Of a stretch of DNA of 64,000 nt, positions 1-8,100 are shown piece after piece. Under the pieces are notes generated by a model, which was not told the origin of the DNA, did not search any database, and was given only the letters and a program-made list of their open reading frames with translations. The position numbers and the translations under genes were made by a program. Origin of the DNA: a virus; IMG/VR virus record IMGVR_UViG_3300044716_000427, positions 7,566 to 71,565 of that record; one strand, 5' to 3'. Numbering within the stretch: the stretch's first letter is position 1; each line of letters begins with the position of its first letter.

Positions 1-710
1 GTCACCCCTTGGTCATGCAGCTCCCTCTCGATACTGTTGTTGAGCGAGATGAGTTGGTTCTTGCGCTTGGCGGACACTTCGTCCTTGGGGTCGAGGCCGA
101 AACCCTTCTTGAAGATGCCGTTGAGCATGATACGTGCAACGTCCTCGGTCAGCTTCACATCGGCCATGCGGCTGAAGTTGTCCATCAGCCTTTGGTCACC
201 GTTGATGGTCTGCTGGATGGCCCTGACCGCCTGTCGGATGCGCTCTGCTGCGCTCTCGGTGTGTCGGTACTTGGTCATCGCCCCGTCCTTGTAGGCCATG
301 TGGAACGTGTTGATGCACACGGTGTTGATGTTGGTGGAGCCGAACCCGATGGCCGTGCTGCCGTTGTGGCTGTTGAGGCAGGTGATGAAACGCTTGAGCG
401 GGGAGCGACCGATGATAATGTCAGGCAACGATGCTTGCATATACACCTTGCCACCTGCGTCAAACATCCCGCCCTTGCTCGCCTCAATCCCAATTTCAGA
501 ACAGGCGTCGATGATGGTCTCGGCCATCTCGTAGTTTTGGTATGGGACGTAGCGGGTGCCGACCGTGCCAAGGTGGGCGCTGCTGTCGTTGCGGAAGATG
601 CCGTAGCTGTTGGTCTTCTGACCATCGGGGCCGTACAGGGGCAGCTTGTTGACCGTCCAGTTAAGGCCGGTCTTTTCGAGAAGGTCGAAGGTCTGTTCTT
701 GAGTGCTCAT
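1..710 (-). CDS. DUF932/DUF945-family phage protein (3' end runs off the window)
   Basis: Not in the ORF track; read manually from ATG 710: MSTQEQTFDLLEKTGLNWTVNKLPL...FRND...LGTVGTRYVPYQN...GGKVY...LNSHNGS...NTVCINTF, the characteristic DUF932 motifs. Confidence 0.85.
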   Translation of the reverse strand, partial: MSTQEQTFDLLEKTGLNWTVNKLPLYGPDGQKTNSYGIFRNDSSAHLGTVGTRYVPYQNYEMAETIIDACSEIGIEASKGGMFDAGGKVYMQASLPDIIIGRSPLKRFITCLNSHNGSTAIGFGSTNINTVCINTFHMAYKDGAMTKYRHTESAAERIRQAVRAIQQTINGDQRLMDNFSRMADVKLTEDVARIMLNGIFKKGFGLDPKDEVSAKRKNQLISLNNSIERELHDQGV

Positions 711-771
711 AGTACTACAGGTGTTGGTTTATTTGAGCGTTGAGGATGCGCTCCCCCCGTTGAATGAGTTG

Positions 772-779
772 CAAAGGTA
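772..779 (-). promoter_or_regulatory. Bacteroidetes sigma-A -7 element (TACCTTTG) for the DUF932 gene
   Basis: Matches TAnnTTTG in the intergenic gap upstream of ATG 710. Confidence 0.7.
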
Positions 780-819
780 AATGAAAGAAGTGAATCCCGC
801 AAGCAAAAGTTACGAACAA

Positions 820-984
820 TCAGCGATGCCTCTTGCTCATAATGCGCTTGGCCTTGCGACATGATGTGAACTTCTTCTTCTTCTTGCTGACGCCGTAGGT
901 ATGGCGGCGCTTACCGGGGTCGGACTCGGCGTGGATGTCGGGTGCGCTGATGAGCAGGGCGAGGGCGAGGAACAGGTACTTCAT
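820..984 (-). CDS. Small protein (54 aa) with signal peptide and basic tail
   Basis: MKYLFLALALLISAPDIHAESDPGKRRHTYGVSKKKKKF...; A/C-rich leader; below the ORF-track cutoff. Confidence 0.65.
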   Translation of the reverse strand: MKYLFLALALLISAPDIHAESDPGKRRHTYGVSKKKKKFTSCRKAKRIMSKRHR

Positions 985-1005
985 GGTGTTTGGGTTGTTT
1001 GGTTG

Positions 1006-1107
1006 TTATTGTAGCAGGAGGCTGATGGTTATCTTGCAGATGCCGTATGCCACCATGATGGCGGCGAGGGTGAACCCGATGTTGATCAGGCAGCGTTCGT
1101 GTTTCAT
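1006..1107 (-). CDS. 33-aa single-TM peptide
   Basis: MKHERCLINIGFTLAAIMVAYGICKITISLLLQ; fills the gap in the early operon. Confidence 0.5.
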   Translation of the reverse strand: MKHERCLINIGFTLAAIMVAYGICKITISLLLQ

Positions 1108-1117
1108 GGGCTGGTGG

Positions 1118-1543
1118 TCACTCTTTGCCTTGTGGGGCGAGGTCAGGGTGTAGTTCGTACAGCCGCTGGATTTCGAGGTTGTTCAGCACGTTGTCGCGGA
1201 TGGCGATGCGTGCCTCATTCTCGCTCAGGTCATCGATGGCGATGGACTCGTAGCTGTAGCCATCGTGGTAGTATGACATCTCGCCCAGCTCCATGACGAC
1301 ATCCCACTCGATGGTGTTCCGCTCTTCGTCGCAGCTTATCATCTGCTGCACTGCTGTCCCCCACTCGTTGTAGGTGTGGTTGTCGCTCTCTTTGTAGCAG
1401 TCATCGAGCAGGGCCTTGCTCTCTTGCTCACGGGGGCCGTACGATGCCCTGATGGCGATCTTGGTGCGGCCACGGAACAGGCCGCTGCCTTGTGCTTGGT
1501 AGCCGTTGGTGCTGCCGAAGAGGATGTAGGTGGTGTTCTTCAT
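1118..1543 (-). CDS. Hypothetical early protein
   Basis: 141-aa ORF in tandem array with A/C-rich leader. Confidence 0.75.
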   Translation of the reverse strand: MKNTTYILFGSTNGYQAQGSGLFRGRTKIAIRASYGPREQESKALLDDCYKESDNHTYNEWGTAVQQMISCDEERNTIEWDVVMELGEMSYYHDGYSYESIAIDDLSENEARIAIRDNVLNNLEIQRLYELHPDLAPQGKE

Positions 1544-1553
1544 TGTTGTTGGT

Positions 1554-1838
1554 TTAGTGTTGTTCTAAAATCATGTACTCCGTGGCAAGCGAAGGCTTTC
1601 CGCTGAAGGTGGTCCCGACTTGCACGGGTGTAGCCACATACCTACAGTTGTGCTTGTCGCAGATGATCTTGATTGCTTCTGCCGTCTCGGCAGAGCCGTA
1701 GTTCGTTGTCGTAATCGTTGGATAGCAGGGGGTGCCAGCTACGTTGCGCGTTTGCCGCACGGTCCAATGGTGTACGTTGGGGTTAACGGTTGCGGCGATC
1801 TCCAAGGCTGCTTGCATTGTTTTTGTTGCGTGTTCCAT
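1554..1838 (-). CDS. Hypothetical early protein
   Basis: 94-aa ORF in tandem array. Confidence 0.65.
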   Translation of the reverse strand: MEHATKTMQAALEIAATVNPNVHHWTVRQTRNVAGTPCYPTITTTNYGSAETAEAIKIICDKHNCRYVATPVQVGTTFSGKPSLATEYMILEQH

Positions 1839-1850
1839 GATGTTTGGGGT

Positions 1851-2555
1851 TTAGAGTTGTTCGTAGTCGGTAACGATGGCGCAGAGTTCGTCGTATTGGT
1901 CTTCTGTCAACTTGCGCTTGTCTTTGTTCTGCAATTCGCACAGGATGGTCTGCACACGCTCAAGCAGCTCACCCATCACTTGTGCCTGAATTGCACGCCG
2001 GGTCGATAGCTTGGACATGACTATCTCTTGGCGCACTTTGGCAATGTCATCGATGGATGCATACTTGCCGTGTTCAGCTACGCTCTTGGCAATTATGCTG
2101 ACATCCAATACACCATCGACGATGTCTTGTAGACGCTTGATGGCATCATGTTGCATCTCCAGTTTTGAGTCGATGTCTTCAATGGCCGTGACCATCTCCG
2201 TGTCCACGCCATTTAGCCGGTTTACCCTGTCATGCAGTTCGGTGAAGTACAGGTAGTCCGACAGGTCGAGGTCTGTCAAGGCTGACGATATGGAGTCATC
2301 GACGTAGCTCTGCATATCCAACTCGGTACACAGGGCATCGAGACCGTTGCCATTCTTGACGTAGTCGCTCAACTCATTGTTGAAGTCATCTTGCGTGACG
2401 TAGCCATCCAATGCGCCCTTCTCAAGGTAGTCTTCGGGGTCGAACATGACACGGGCATCGGCCAATTCCTGCTCCACATCTGCAAGGCGCAGGGTCAGTT
2501 TGGCTATCTGAACCTTGTTGTCAGATATGAAGATGCGCTTTATCCAATTCTTCAT
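1851..2555 (-). CDS. Acidic coiled-coil hypothetical protein
   Basis: Likely start MKNWIKRIF at 2555 after an A/C-rich leader; the longer track ORF overlaps the upstream gene. Confidence 0.75.
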   Translation of the reverse strand: MKNWIKRIFISDNKVQIAKLTLRLADVEQELADARVMFDPEDYLEKGALDGYVTQDDFNNELSDYVKNGNGLDALCTELDMQSYVDDSISSALTDLDLSDYLYFTELHDRVNRLNGVDTEMVTAIEDIDSKLEMQHDAIKRLQDIVDGVLDVSIIAKSVAEHGKYASIDDIAKVRQEIVMSKLSTRRAIQAQVMGELLERVQTILCELQNKDKRKLTEDQYDELCAIVTDYEQL

Positions 2556-2571
2556 GGTGTTTGGGTGTTTG

Positions 2572-3054
2572 TTACCAGCTTGAGTGATAGTAGTACACTT
2601 CTTCTCCCTCGTCCAAGATGTCGTGAAGCGCATCGTATGTACGCTCAATCTCATCGAGGTAATATTGGTCGTAGTCTTGGCTGCCGAAGAAGCACCCGCT
2701 TTGGGTAGGCAGAATGTCTTCAATGTCTTGGTCGTTGAGTATCTTCCCGTCCTCAACGATGGCCGTCTCAATCACTTCTTTGCACAGGGCCAACAGGCTT
2801 TGAAGTTGGGATGTGTCCACGCGGTACTCCCCGCAGTCATCGTTCCCATCTTGCACGTTGTCAACGAACCACTTGTGTATGCAGTTGACCTTGCGCCATT
2901 CGATCACCTCTTCGATGACGTATGACACCCTCTTGGGGTCTATCCTCCGATACGGCTTGCCGTTCAGTGTGACACTTATTTGAACGTTGTCATCGCCCTT
3001 GTAGTCCCAGTGCTTGACGTAGGTGCGGCGGGTGAGGTACATATCGAGTCCCAT
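2572..3054 (-). CDS. Conserved phage protein (MGLDMY...WRKxNxIHxWF...LPTxxGxFFG...YYxSSW family)
   Basis: Recognisable motif set of a widespread phage family of unknown function; start ATG 3054. Confidence 0.8.
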   Translation of the reverse strand: MGLDMYLTRRTYVKHWDYKGDDNVQISVTLNGKPYRRIDPKRVSYVIEEVIEWRKVNCIHKWFVDNVQDGNDDCGEYRVDTSQLQSLLALCKEVIETAIVEDGKILNDQDIEDILPTQSGCFFGSQDYDQYYLDEIERTYDALHDILDEGEEVYYYHSSW

Positions 3055-3067
3055 GGTCGTGTTGGTT

Positions 3068-3415
3068 TTAGATGGTTTTGTTACAGTTGGCACAGAATGC
3101 GTAGTCCTCCACTTGTTCATTGGTACAGGCAGCAACAGGTCGCCACCCGTTGTTGCTCTTGGTGCTCACTGCATAGGCGAGGTTGTAGAACTCCGACCGT
3201 GCACACTTGCTGCATAGGCATTCGGAGTCGTCCATCCACAGCACAAGGCTGTACCCACCGAATGCCTTGTCAGAGGCACGGATGACAGCTTTGAGGTCCG
3301 CCACGGTGCGTATCTTGTCTGTCCAATACGCCATGTTGCGGCGCACGGGCTTGTCGAAGTTGTTGCTGCGGTACAGGTGACCGTCAACTTCTGATATCCA
3401 AAGTTCGTTGCTCAT
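3068..3415 (-). CDS. Putative Zn-binding phage protein
   Basis: GGY..DDSECLCSKC and C-terminal CANC cysteine pairs. Confidence 0.75.
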   Translation of the reverse strand: MSNELWISEVDGHLYRSNNFDKPVRRNMAYWTDKIRTVADLKAVIRASDKAFGGYSLVLWMDDSECLCSKCARSEFYNLAYAVSTKSNNGWRPVAACTNEQVEDYAFCANCNKTI

Positions 3416-3435
3416 GGTGTTGTTGGTTTTACTTG

Positions 3436-3789
3436 TCAGTACAGTTCCTTTGCCATGCGCTGGAGTTCGTTGTGCAGTCGGAGGCGTTTCTGCGCTACCT
3501 CTTCTTCTTTTAGGCGGGCCTTCTCAAGGATGACAGCAGCCTCTCGGTGCGCTGCGTTAGTAATGCGCTGAGACTCGTCATTCGCGCTCTTACGCACCAC
3601 CATCGCCCACTCTCTTGGTGAGTGTTCGGGGAAGACATCTGAGCGCAGGTCTCGCTCAATATCATATCTGATTGAGTTGAGCCACGGGCGGAGGTAGGTG
3701 TTCTCCGGAAGAGATGCGATGAACGCTTCAAACGCTGCGAGTTCTTCTTGCTTTGTCATGGGTTGCTGAGGTTTCTGAAGGTTAATCAT
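3436..3789 (-). CDS. Hypothetical protein with C-terminal coiled coil
   Basis: Start at ATG 3789 (or the downstream MTKQ), just after a 19-bp palindrome. Confidence 0.7.
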   Translation of the reverse strand: MINLQKPQQPMTKQEELAAFEAFIASLPENTYLRPWLNSIRYDIERDLRSDVFPEHSPREWAMVVRKSANDESQRITNAAHREAAVILEKARLKEEEVAQKRLRLHNELQRMAKELY

Positions 3790-3826
3790 GGTCTGTTTGC
3801 TTAGTTGATTATCCACTAACGGCTGG

Positions 3827-4027
3827 TTACAGATACAGGGAGCTACGCATGTCATCCTGAGCGTCACAGGCGGCGAGGAACAGTTCTTCTTCGTCCATGT
3901 TGGCGAGGTGTCGTCGGGTAATTACCCCGTCTTCACTTGCGATGGTGCGCAGTTCGCAGTTGTACGTGAAGTACAGGTCGAGCACTTCCTTGGCTTCTTT
4001 CGCGGTGGTGATTTCGCTGTTGATCAT
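3827..4027 (-). CDS. Hypothetical early protein
   Basis: 66-aa ORF between two palindrome copies. Confidence 0.7.
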   Translation of the reverse strand: MINSEITTAKEAKEVLDLYFTYNCELRTIASEDGVITRRHLANMDEEELFLAACDAQDDMRSSLYL

Positions 4028-4048
4028 GGGTCGTTAGTTGATTATCCA

Positions 4049-4288
4049 CTAAGCGTTTTGCTTGGGGTTGTGGTGGGTGAATGTGACCGTGCCTGAATCT
4101 TCATCTATCTCCACGGGCATTTTCCCGCTCAACAGGTCAGTGGCGCACTCTTTGGTGAGGCCGTAGCCATCTATGAACAGGTCGAGCATACGCTTGCGGT
4201 CGCTCTTGAACTTGTATCCTTGCTGTGCCCACCGAAGGATGCCGGGGGTATGCATAAGTGAGGTCGAGGTGAGGCGGATGGTTCTCAT
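4049..4288 (-). CDS. Hypothetical early protein
   Basis: 79-aa ORF whose TAG stop lies inside the palindrome at 4034-4052. Confidence 0.7.
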   Translation of the reverse strand: MRTIRLTSTSLMHTPGILRWAQQGYKFKSDRKRMLDLFIDGYGLTKECATDLLSGKMPVEIDEDSGTVTFTHHNPKQNA

Positions 4289-4326
4289 CTTTAGATGGTT
4301 TTGCTTAGTTGATTATCTACTAACGG

Positions 4327-5034
4327 TCAGTCCACCACGAATCCGGTGGTATCTTTCTTGGCTTTGCCCTTGGCATACAGGGCTACGACAACCCCTTGGG
4401 GGTCAAGGTGGCGGATGTCTGTGTCATCCCCATCCACTACGGGCATTCCCATGAAGGTGGTCGGTATCTTGTTCCGATGACGGAACACTACAGCAATGCG
4501 CATCCCATCGGCCATGGCTCTGTCAACAAAGGGCTTGTATTCAGGGACGCCGCTGTAGCTGAAGGTCAGGTCATAGTTGGATGGTACGGTACGGCCCACA
4601 ATTTTCGTGTAGTCGTAGAACTGTACATATGGGAAGGCAGACATGATGTTCGGGTAGTGCATCCCATCCACATCCACAGGGATGGTTTCCCATCTGATGT
4701 CTGATGTCCCGTTAAGCCTGACAAGTGGGGTAGCCCCTGTCTTCTCAGCCTTGCGGATGGCACGGCGCACATCATCCACTACAGTGGACATGAACGGCTT
4801 GCGTTCGGCATAGAACAGTTCGGTCTTTCGCTTCCGTGCAAGCTGGACGTTGCTGAAAGCACCACGGCCTGCTGTATTCAGACAGCCCTCATGGCACTTG
4901 GCTACGTCTGCCATAGGGCATACGTTCCCAACCCCTGCAAACTTCCAAGGAAGCATGTACAGGATGGCGGTGGTGAATCCTTTCTTCTGACCTTTGACGG
5001 TCTTTGCGTTGGTATCGATGCCGAGCAGTTTCAT
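4327..5034 (-). CDS. Gp88-like (radical-SAM-like Cys motif) phage protein
   Basis: NVCPMADVAKCHEGCLNTAGRG, VRLNGTSDIRWE, FYDYTK, DGDDTDIRHLDP, KGKAKKD motifs. Confidence 0.75.
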   Translation of the reverse strand: MKLLGIDTNAKTVKGQKKGFTTAILYMLPWKFAGVGNVCPMADVAKCHEGCLNTAGRGAFSNVQLARKRKTELFYAERKPFMSTVVDDVRRAIRKAEKTGATPLVRLNGTSDIRWETIPVDVDGMHYPNIMSAFPYVQFYDYTKIVGRTVPSNYDLTFSYSGVPEYKPFVDRAMADGMRIAVVFRHRNKIPTTFMGMPVVDGDDTDIRHLDPQGVVVALYAKGKAKKDTTGFVVD

Positions 5035-5077
5035 CTTTAGATGGGGGTGTTAGTTGATTTTCCACTAAGCGAACTTC

Positions 5078-5332
5078 CTAAAGGAAGGCCACACGGAAGC
5101 CGAACTCTCCACGGACGATGAACGACTCCACTCCATGCCTATCACAGACGTGGACAAGGGATCGCAATTCATCGAGATAGAGATCGTACCTTTCGGAGAT
5201 CTCCACATAGCATGCCCCTACGATAGGGTATTCGTCTCCGCCGTCGCAGAGCATGTATCCCCTATGTCCATGCTTACGGATGAGTGTCTCACCAAACTGT
5301 GCTGCTGCATTGAAAGGCTTGCGTTGTTCCAT
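5078..5332 (-). CDS. Hypothetical early protein
   Basis: Start MEQRKPF at 5332, downstream of TATCTTTG (5366-5373). Confidence 0.6.
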   Translation of the reverse strand: MEQRKPFNAAAQFGETLIRKHGHRGYMLCDGGDEYPIVGACYVEISERYDLYLDELRSLVHVCDRHGVESFIVRGEFGFRVAFL

Positions 5333-5365
5333 GTTAACGGTGGGTGTTTCTGTTTGACGGCGATG

Positions 5366-5373
5366 CAAAGATA
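5366..5373 (-). promoter_or_regulatory. -7 promoter element TATCTTTG
   Basis: TAnnTTTG with AT-rich upstream sequence. Confidence 0.7.
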
Positions 5374-5443
5374 CAACGCCAAAAGTTAACTTCCAAATTT
5401 ATTTTTACAGTACGTAGTACTGGGGGGCTTAGTTGATTATCCA

Positions 5444-5719
5444 CTAACGGCATCCCTGATGGATTGCCGTACCCTTCAGATGGCGGGTCATTGCACCGTC
5501 TGATCGGGATGTGCTGCTCATCCCAATGGACACTACGGATGTGTTCGTCTCCGCCCAGCGTCCACAGACAACGCACGTTCCCCTCCAAATTTGTCTGAAC
5601 GTGGAGCCAAAGGGAGCCTTTGCGGCTACCCTGTCCCATCGTAGCATGTGGCCCCTAAGGGCTGCGGTTTCGTTCGCTTCGTCACGCAAGGTGCGCTTCT
5701 TTATAGTGTACTCGCTCAT
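5444..5719 (-). CDS. Hypothetical protein with CxxC
   Basis: 91-aa ORF; TAG stop inside the palindrome at 5429-5447. Confidence 0.55.
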   Translation of the reverse strand: MSEYTIKKRTLRDEANETAALRGHMLRWDRVAAKAPFGSTFRQIWRGTCVVCGRWAETNTSVVSIGMSSTSRSDGAMTRHLKGTAIHQGCR

Positions 5720-6096
5720 AGTCGTAAGTGTTTGAGTGTCAGGCAGTTACAGATGTTGATGCATGCATCGCTCTAAAGAGCGGGGGTGGTGGTGCTTAGT
5801 TGATAATCTACTAAGCGACCTATCCCTAAAGGGATACTGTACGTAATTGGTGGTTCGTTGGCTCCATGCGCTACGCGCTTGTCCATGGGCCACACCTTCA
5901 GTAAGCAAAGAACAATCGCACCCCTCCCTAATGGATAATCCACTAAGGATACACTACTACGTAGTGAGCAGTTAAGCCCTTCGCTGTTCGCTGAGGCCGC
6001 TACTACGTAGGTATGTGATGGGGCTGTAGGCTACCCTACAAACGGCTAAAGCCCGCCCCCCTAAGGGAGCGGGCCGTGAGCCGAAGGCCGTGAGTA

Positions 6097-6651
6097 TTAC
6101 GCCGTGAGCACGGAACCTTTGGTTCGCATGTCGAGATTCGCAGCTTCTTTGCTACGATACTTCTCAACTTGCAAAGCAACGATCTCGAGTTCCTTCGCAG
6201 AAAGCTTCTTAAGAAGCTGTAGTGCGGTCTGTAGGTTAGACAACGCACTGGCCGCACCGGCTGCGGAAAGTTCACCGGACGTCGTTACTACTTTAGTAGT
6301 AGTGGCGTTAGTTGATTTTCCACTAACCGCCGTACCCCCTTTGGGGGTAGATTTTTTCTTCTTGCCCTTGTCCTTACGCTCACCCCGCTGGCTATAGCCA
6401 GCTTCACGGAGGAGGTGGTTCAACAACCAATCGGCCTGAAGATACCCGCAGTCCCTAAGGGACTTCCCACATGTCTTCACGGCTTTGATGATTTCATCAT
6501 CAGACGCACCGATCCCTTTCAGGGATGCAATCCCTTTGGTGATCACCGTAGTGGCTTTGGCGGTGAATTGAGCCTGTAGCTTGTCGCCGACCGTGCTCAG
6601 CTGGTCGTTCATGCTCTTGGTCACATCTGCTACGCTTGCTTGCTTGTTCAT
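6097..6651 (-). CDS. First early gene; basic Lys-rich protein, candidate DNA-binding
   Basis: Start MNKQASV at 6651 downstream of TATATTTG; a KDKGKKKK patch; carries a palindrome copy in its linker. Confidence 0.65.
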   Translation of the reverse strand: MNKQASVADVTKSMNDQLSTVGDKLQAQFTAKATTVITKGIASLKGIGASDDEIIKAVKTCGKSLRDCGYLQADWLLNHLLREAGYSQRGERKDKGKKKKSTPKGGTAVSGKSTNATTTKVVTTSGELSAAGAASALSNLQTALQLLKKLSAKELEIVALQVEKYRSKEAANLDMRTKGSVLTA

Positions 6652-6689
6652 GGGAGAGGATTTTTGGCCGCCATTCGTTCGACGGTCTG

Positions 6690-6697
6690 CAAATATA
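6690..6697 (-). promoter_or_regulatory. -7 promoter element TATATTTG heading the early operon
   Basis: TAnnTTTG with a very AT-rich upstream tract (6720-6780). Confidence 0.72.
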
Positions 6698-6870
6698 TGG
6701 GGCAAAAAATATTGGATGCAAGTTTTGTCTCATGTTTTTATTATTTTCTTTTTAATGAAGTTAAAAAGAAATTAATAAAAAGGCGCGTGCAGCGAGAGCA
6801 TGACAGGCACACATATGTATGCACGTGTGCGTGTAAGTTCGGCAGCTGGTTGTTGGATTGTCAAGTGAAA

Positions 6871-6959
6871 GTTATGAACACTTATAGTGTTCAAGAGATG
6901 TTATGAACACTGATTTTTTGACGAAAAAGCTGACAGAAACCTTGACGAAAAAGCTGACA
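6871..6959. repeat. Short direct repeats and hairpin in the divergent non-coding region
   Basis: GTTATGAACACT x2 (6871, 6900); TTGACGAAAAAGCTGACA x2 (6918, 6942); TGAACACT-tat-AGTGTTCA hairpin (6875-6893). Confidence 0.8.
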
Positions 6960-7430
6960 AAGTGGGTCGGGGTCGCACTGCATGATGCGCTGGGCGCCTA
7001 AGGGTGCGCTCACATGCGCTTAGGCATGCGCTCGGGTCCCTTTTGTGCAGGCGCGTCTGCGCAGGCGAAACCAAACTTCAGTTGCAACAACCCCGGGGGT
7101 ATATTTCGCATAATAGGTCCCCAACCTACCGATTGTTCCGTTCCACGGATTTTGGGCCACGGGGGGATATATAGGGTAACCCCCGAACGTCCAAAATGAT
7201 TCCCCGGCTTCTCCTAGCCTCATCAGGCTATTCCCACCGTGGCCCTGTCAAACAAACCACCACAAATGCTTGACACCCCATAGGGTCCCCTATTCTTGCC
7301 ACCACAAGCTCGTTCTAAGCGACTTTCTCTGTCTGTGTGGTGGTATGGGTAGTTAAGGGTGGAGATAGTGTCTTAAATCGAAGAAAAATAGGTATGGGGG
7401 TTGAAATGTAGGTATACATATATTTGTACC

Positions 7431-7661
7431 ATGAATAACAGGTTGACACGCAGGAGGGAGTCGCTGTACTCCGCGGAAGAGCTTGCCAAGGAGCTTGGGG
7501 TGAGCAAAGAAGACGTTGAGGGGCTTGAGGCTAGCTTCCTTTCAAGGATTCAGAAAGACTACCTGAAGCTGCTCAATTACGAGATAGGATTCTACCCCCA
7601 CAGGAAGAAGAGGCAGAAGAAGATCGCCAACGGGGAAGTGGTAATTGATGGACGGTGTTGA
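7431..7661 (+). CDS. Small HTH-like DNA-binding protein
   Basis: LYSAEELAKELGVSKEDVEG helix-turn-helix pattern; TATATTTG 4 nt before ATG 7431. Confidence 0.65.
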   Translation: MNNRLTRRRESLYSAEELAKELGVSKEDVEGLEASFLSRIQKDYLKLLNYEIGFYPHRKKRQKKIANGEVVIDGRC

Positions 7662-7699
7662 AAACTTTTGTTCGCGGCTCTTCAAATGTTATTTCATCT

Positions 7700-8100
7700 C
7701 TCTTATAGTATAGTATATATATACTAAGTAAGTATATACTAGGTAGGTATTTATTAAGTAGGTATAATCTTCTAGTGGTGGAAACTTTTTGAGTGGAACC
7801 CTCTACATCCCGCGTGGCTCTAAGAAAGTAGGATGTTGCTTGATTTTGCTTTTGGAATGTGCAAACGGCTGCAAGCCCCGTGGCTCTAGTAAGGTAGGCG
7901 TTTTTGGAAGAGCAAAAAAAGCAAACCAAAAGCAAAACGAAAGCAAAGTCTTTCTTCGTGGCATAAAAGAAGGGTAATCTTGCGGTTTTGCTTTTGAAAT
8001 GTGCAAACGGCTGTAGCCCGCGTGGCTCTAGCAAGGTACGTGTTTTTGGAAAAGCAAAAAAAGCAAAACGAAAGCAAAATAAAGCAAAATAAAGCAAACG
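7700..8100. repeat. Origin-like region: AT-rich tract plus two ~105-bp direct repeats with iterated motifs
   Basis: AT-rich 7700-7775; CC(G)CGTGGCTCTA x3 (7809, 7876, 8017); repeat copies ~7844-7947 and ~7986-8098 with tandem AAAGCAAA and inverted TTTTGCTTTT. Confidence 0.7.

Larger units (their letters stand above)
3801..6326. repeat. Eight copies of a 19-bp near-palindrome, consensus TTAGTTGATTATCCACTAA
   Basis: Copies at 3801-3819, 4034-4052, 4305-4323, 5050-5068, 5429-5447, 5796-5814, 5928-5946, 6308-6326. Confidence 0.92.

Noticed and set aside
9-743. 244-aa plus-strand ORF
   Set aside because: Antisense shadow of the DUF932 gene on the minus strand
3801-6326. Palindromes as a CRISPR array or DnaA boxes
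   Set aside because: Spacing is about 110-730 bp and contains genes, and no cas genes are present; TTATCCACT is 8/9 of a DnaA box, but it is only part of a longer conserved dyad
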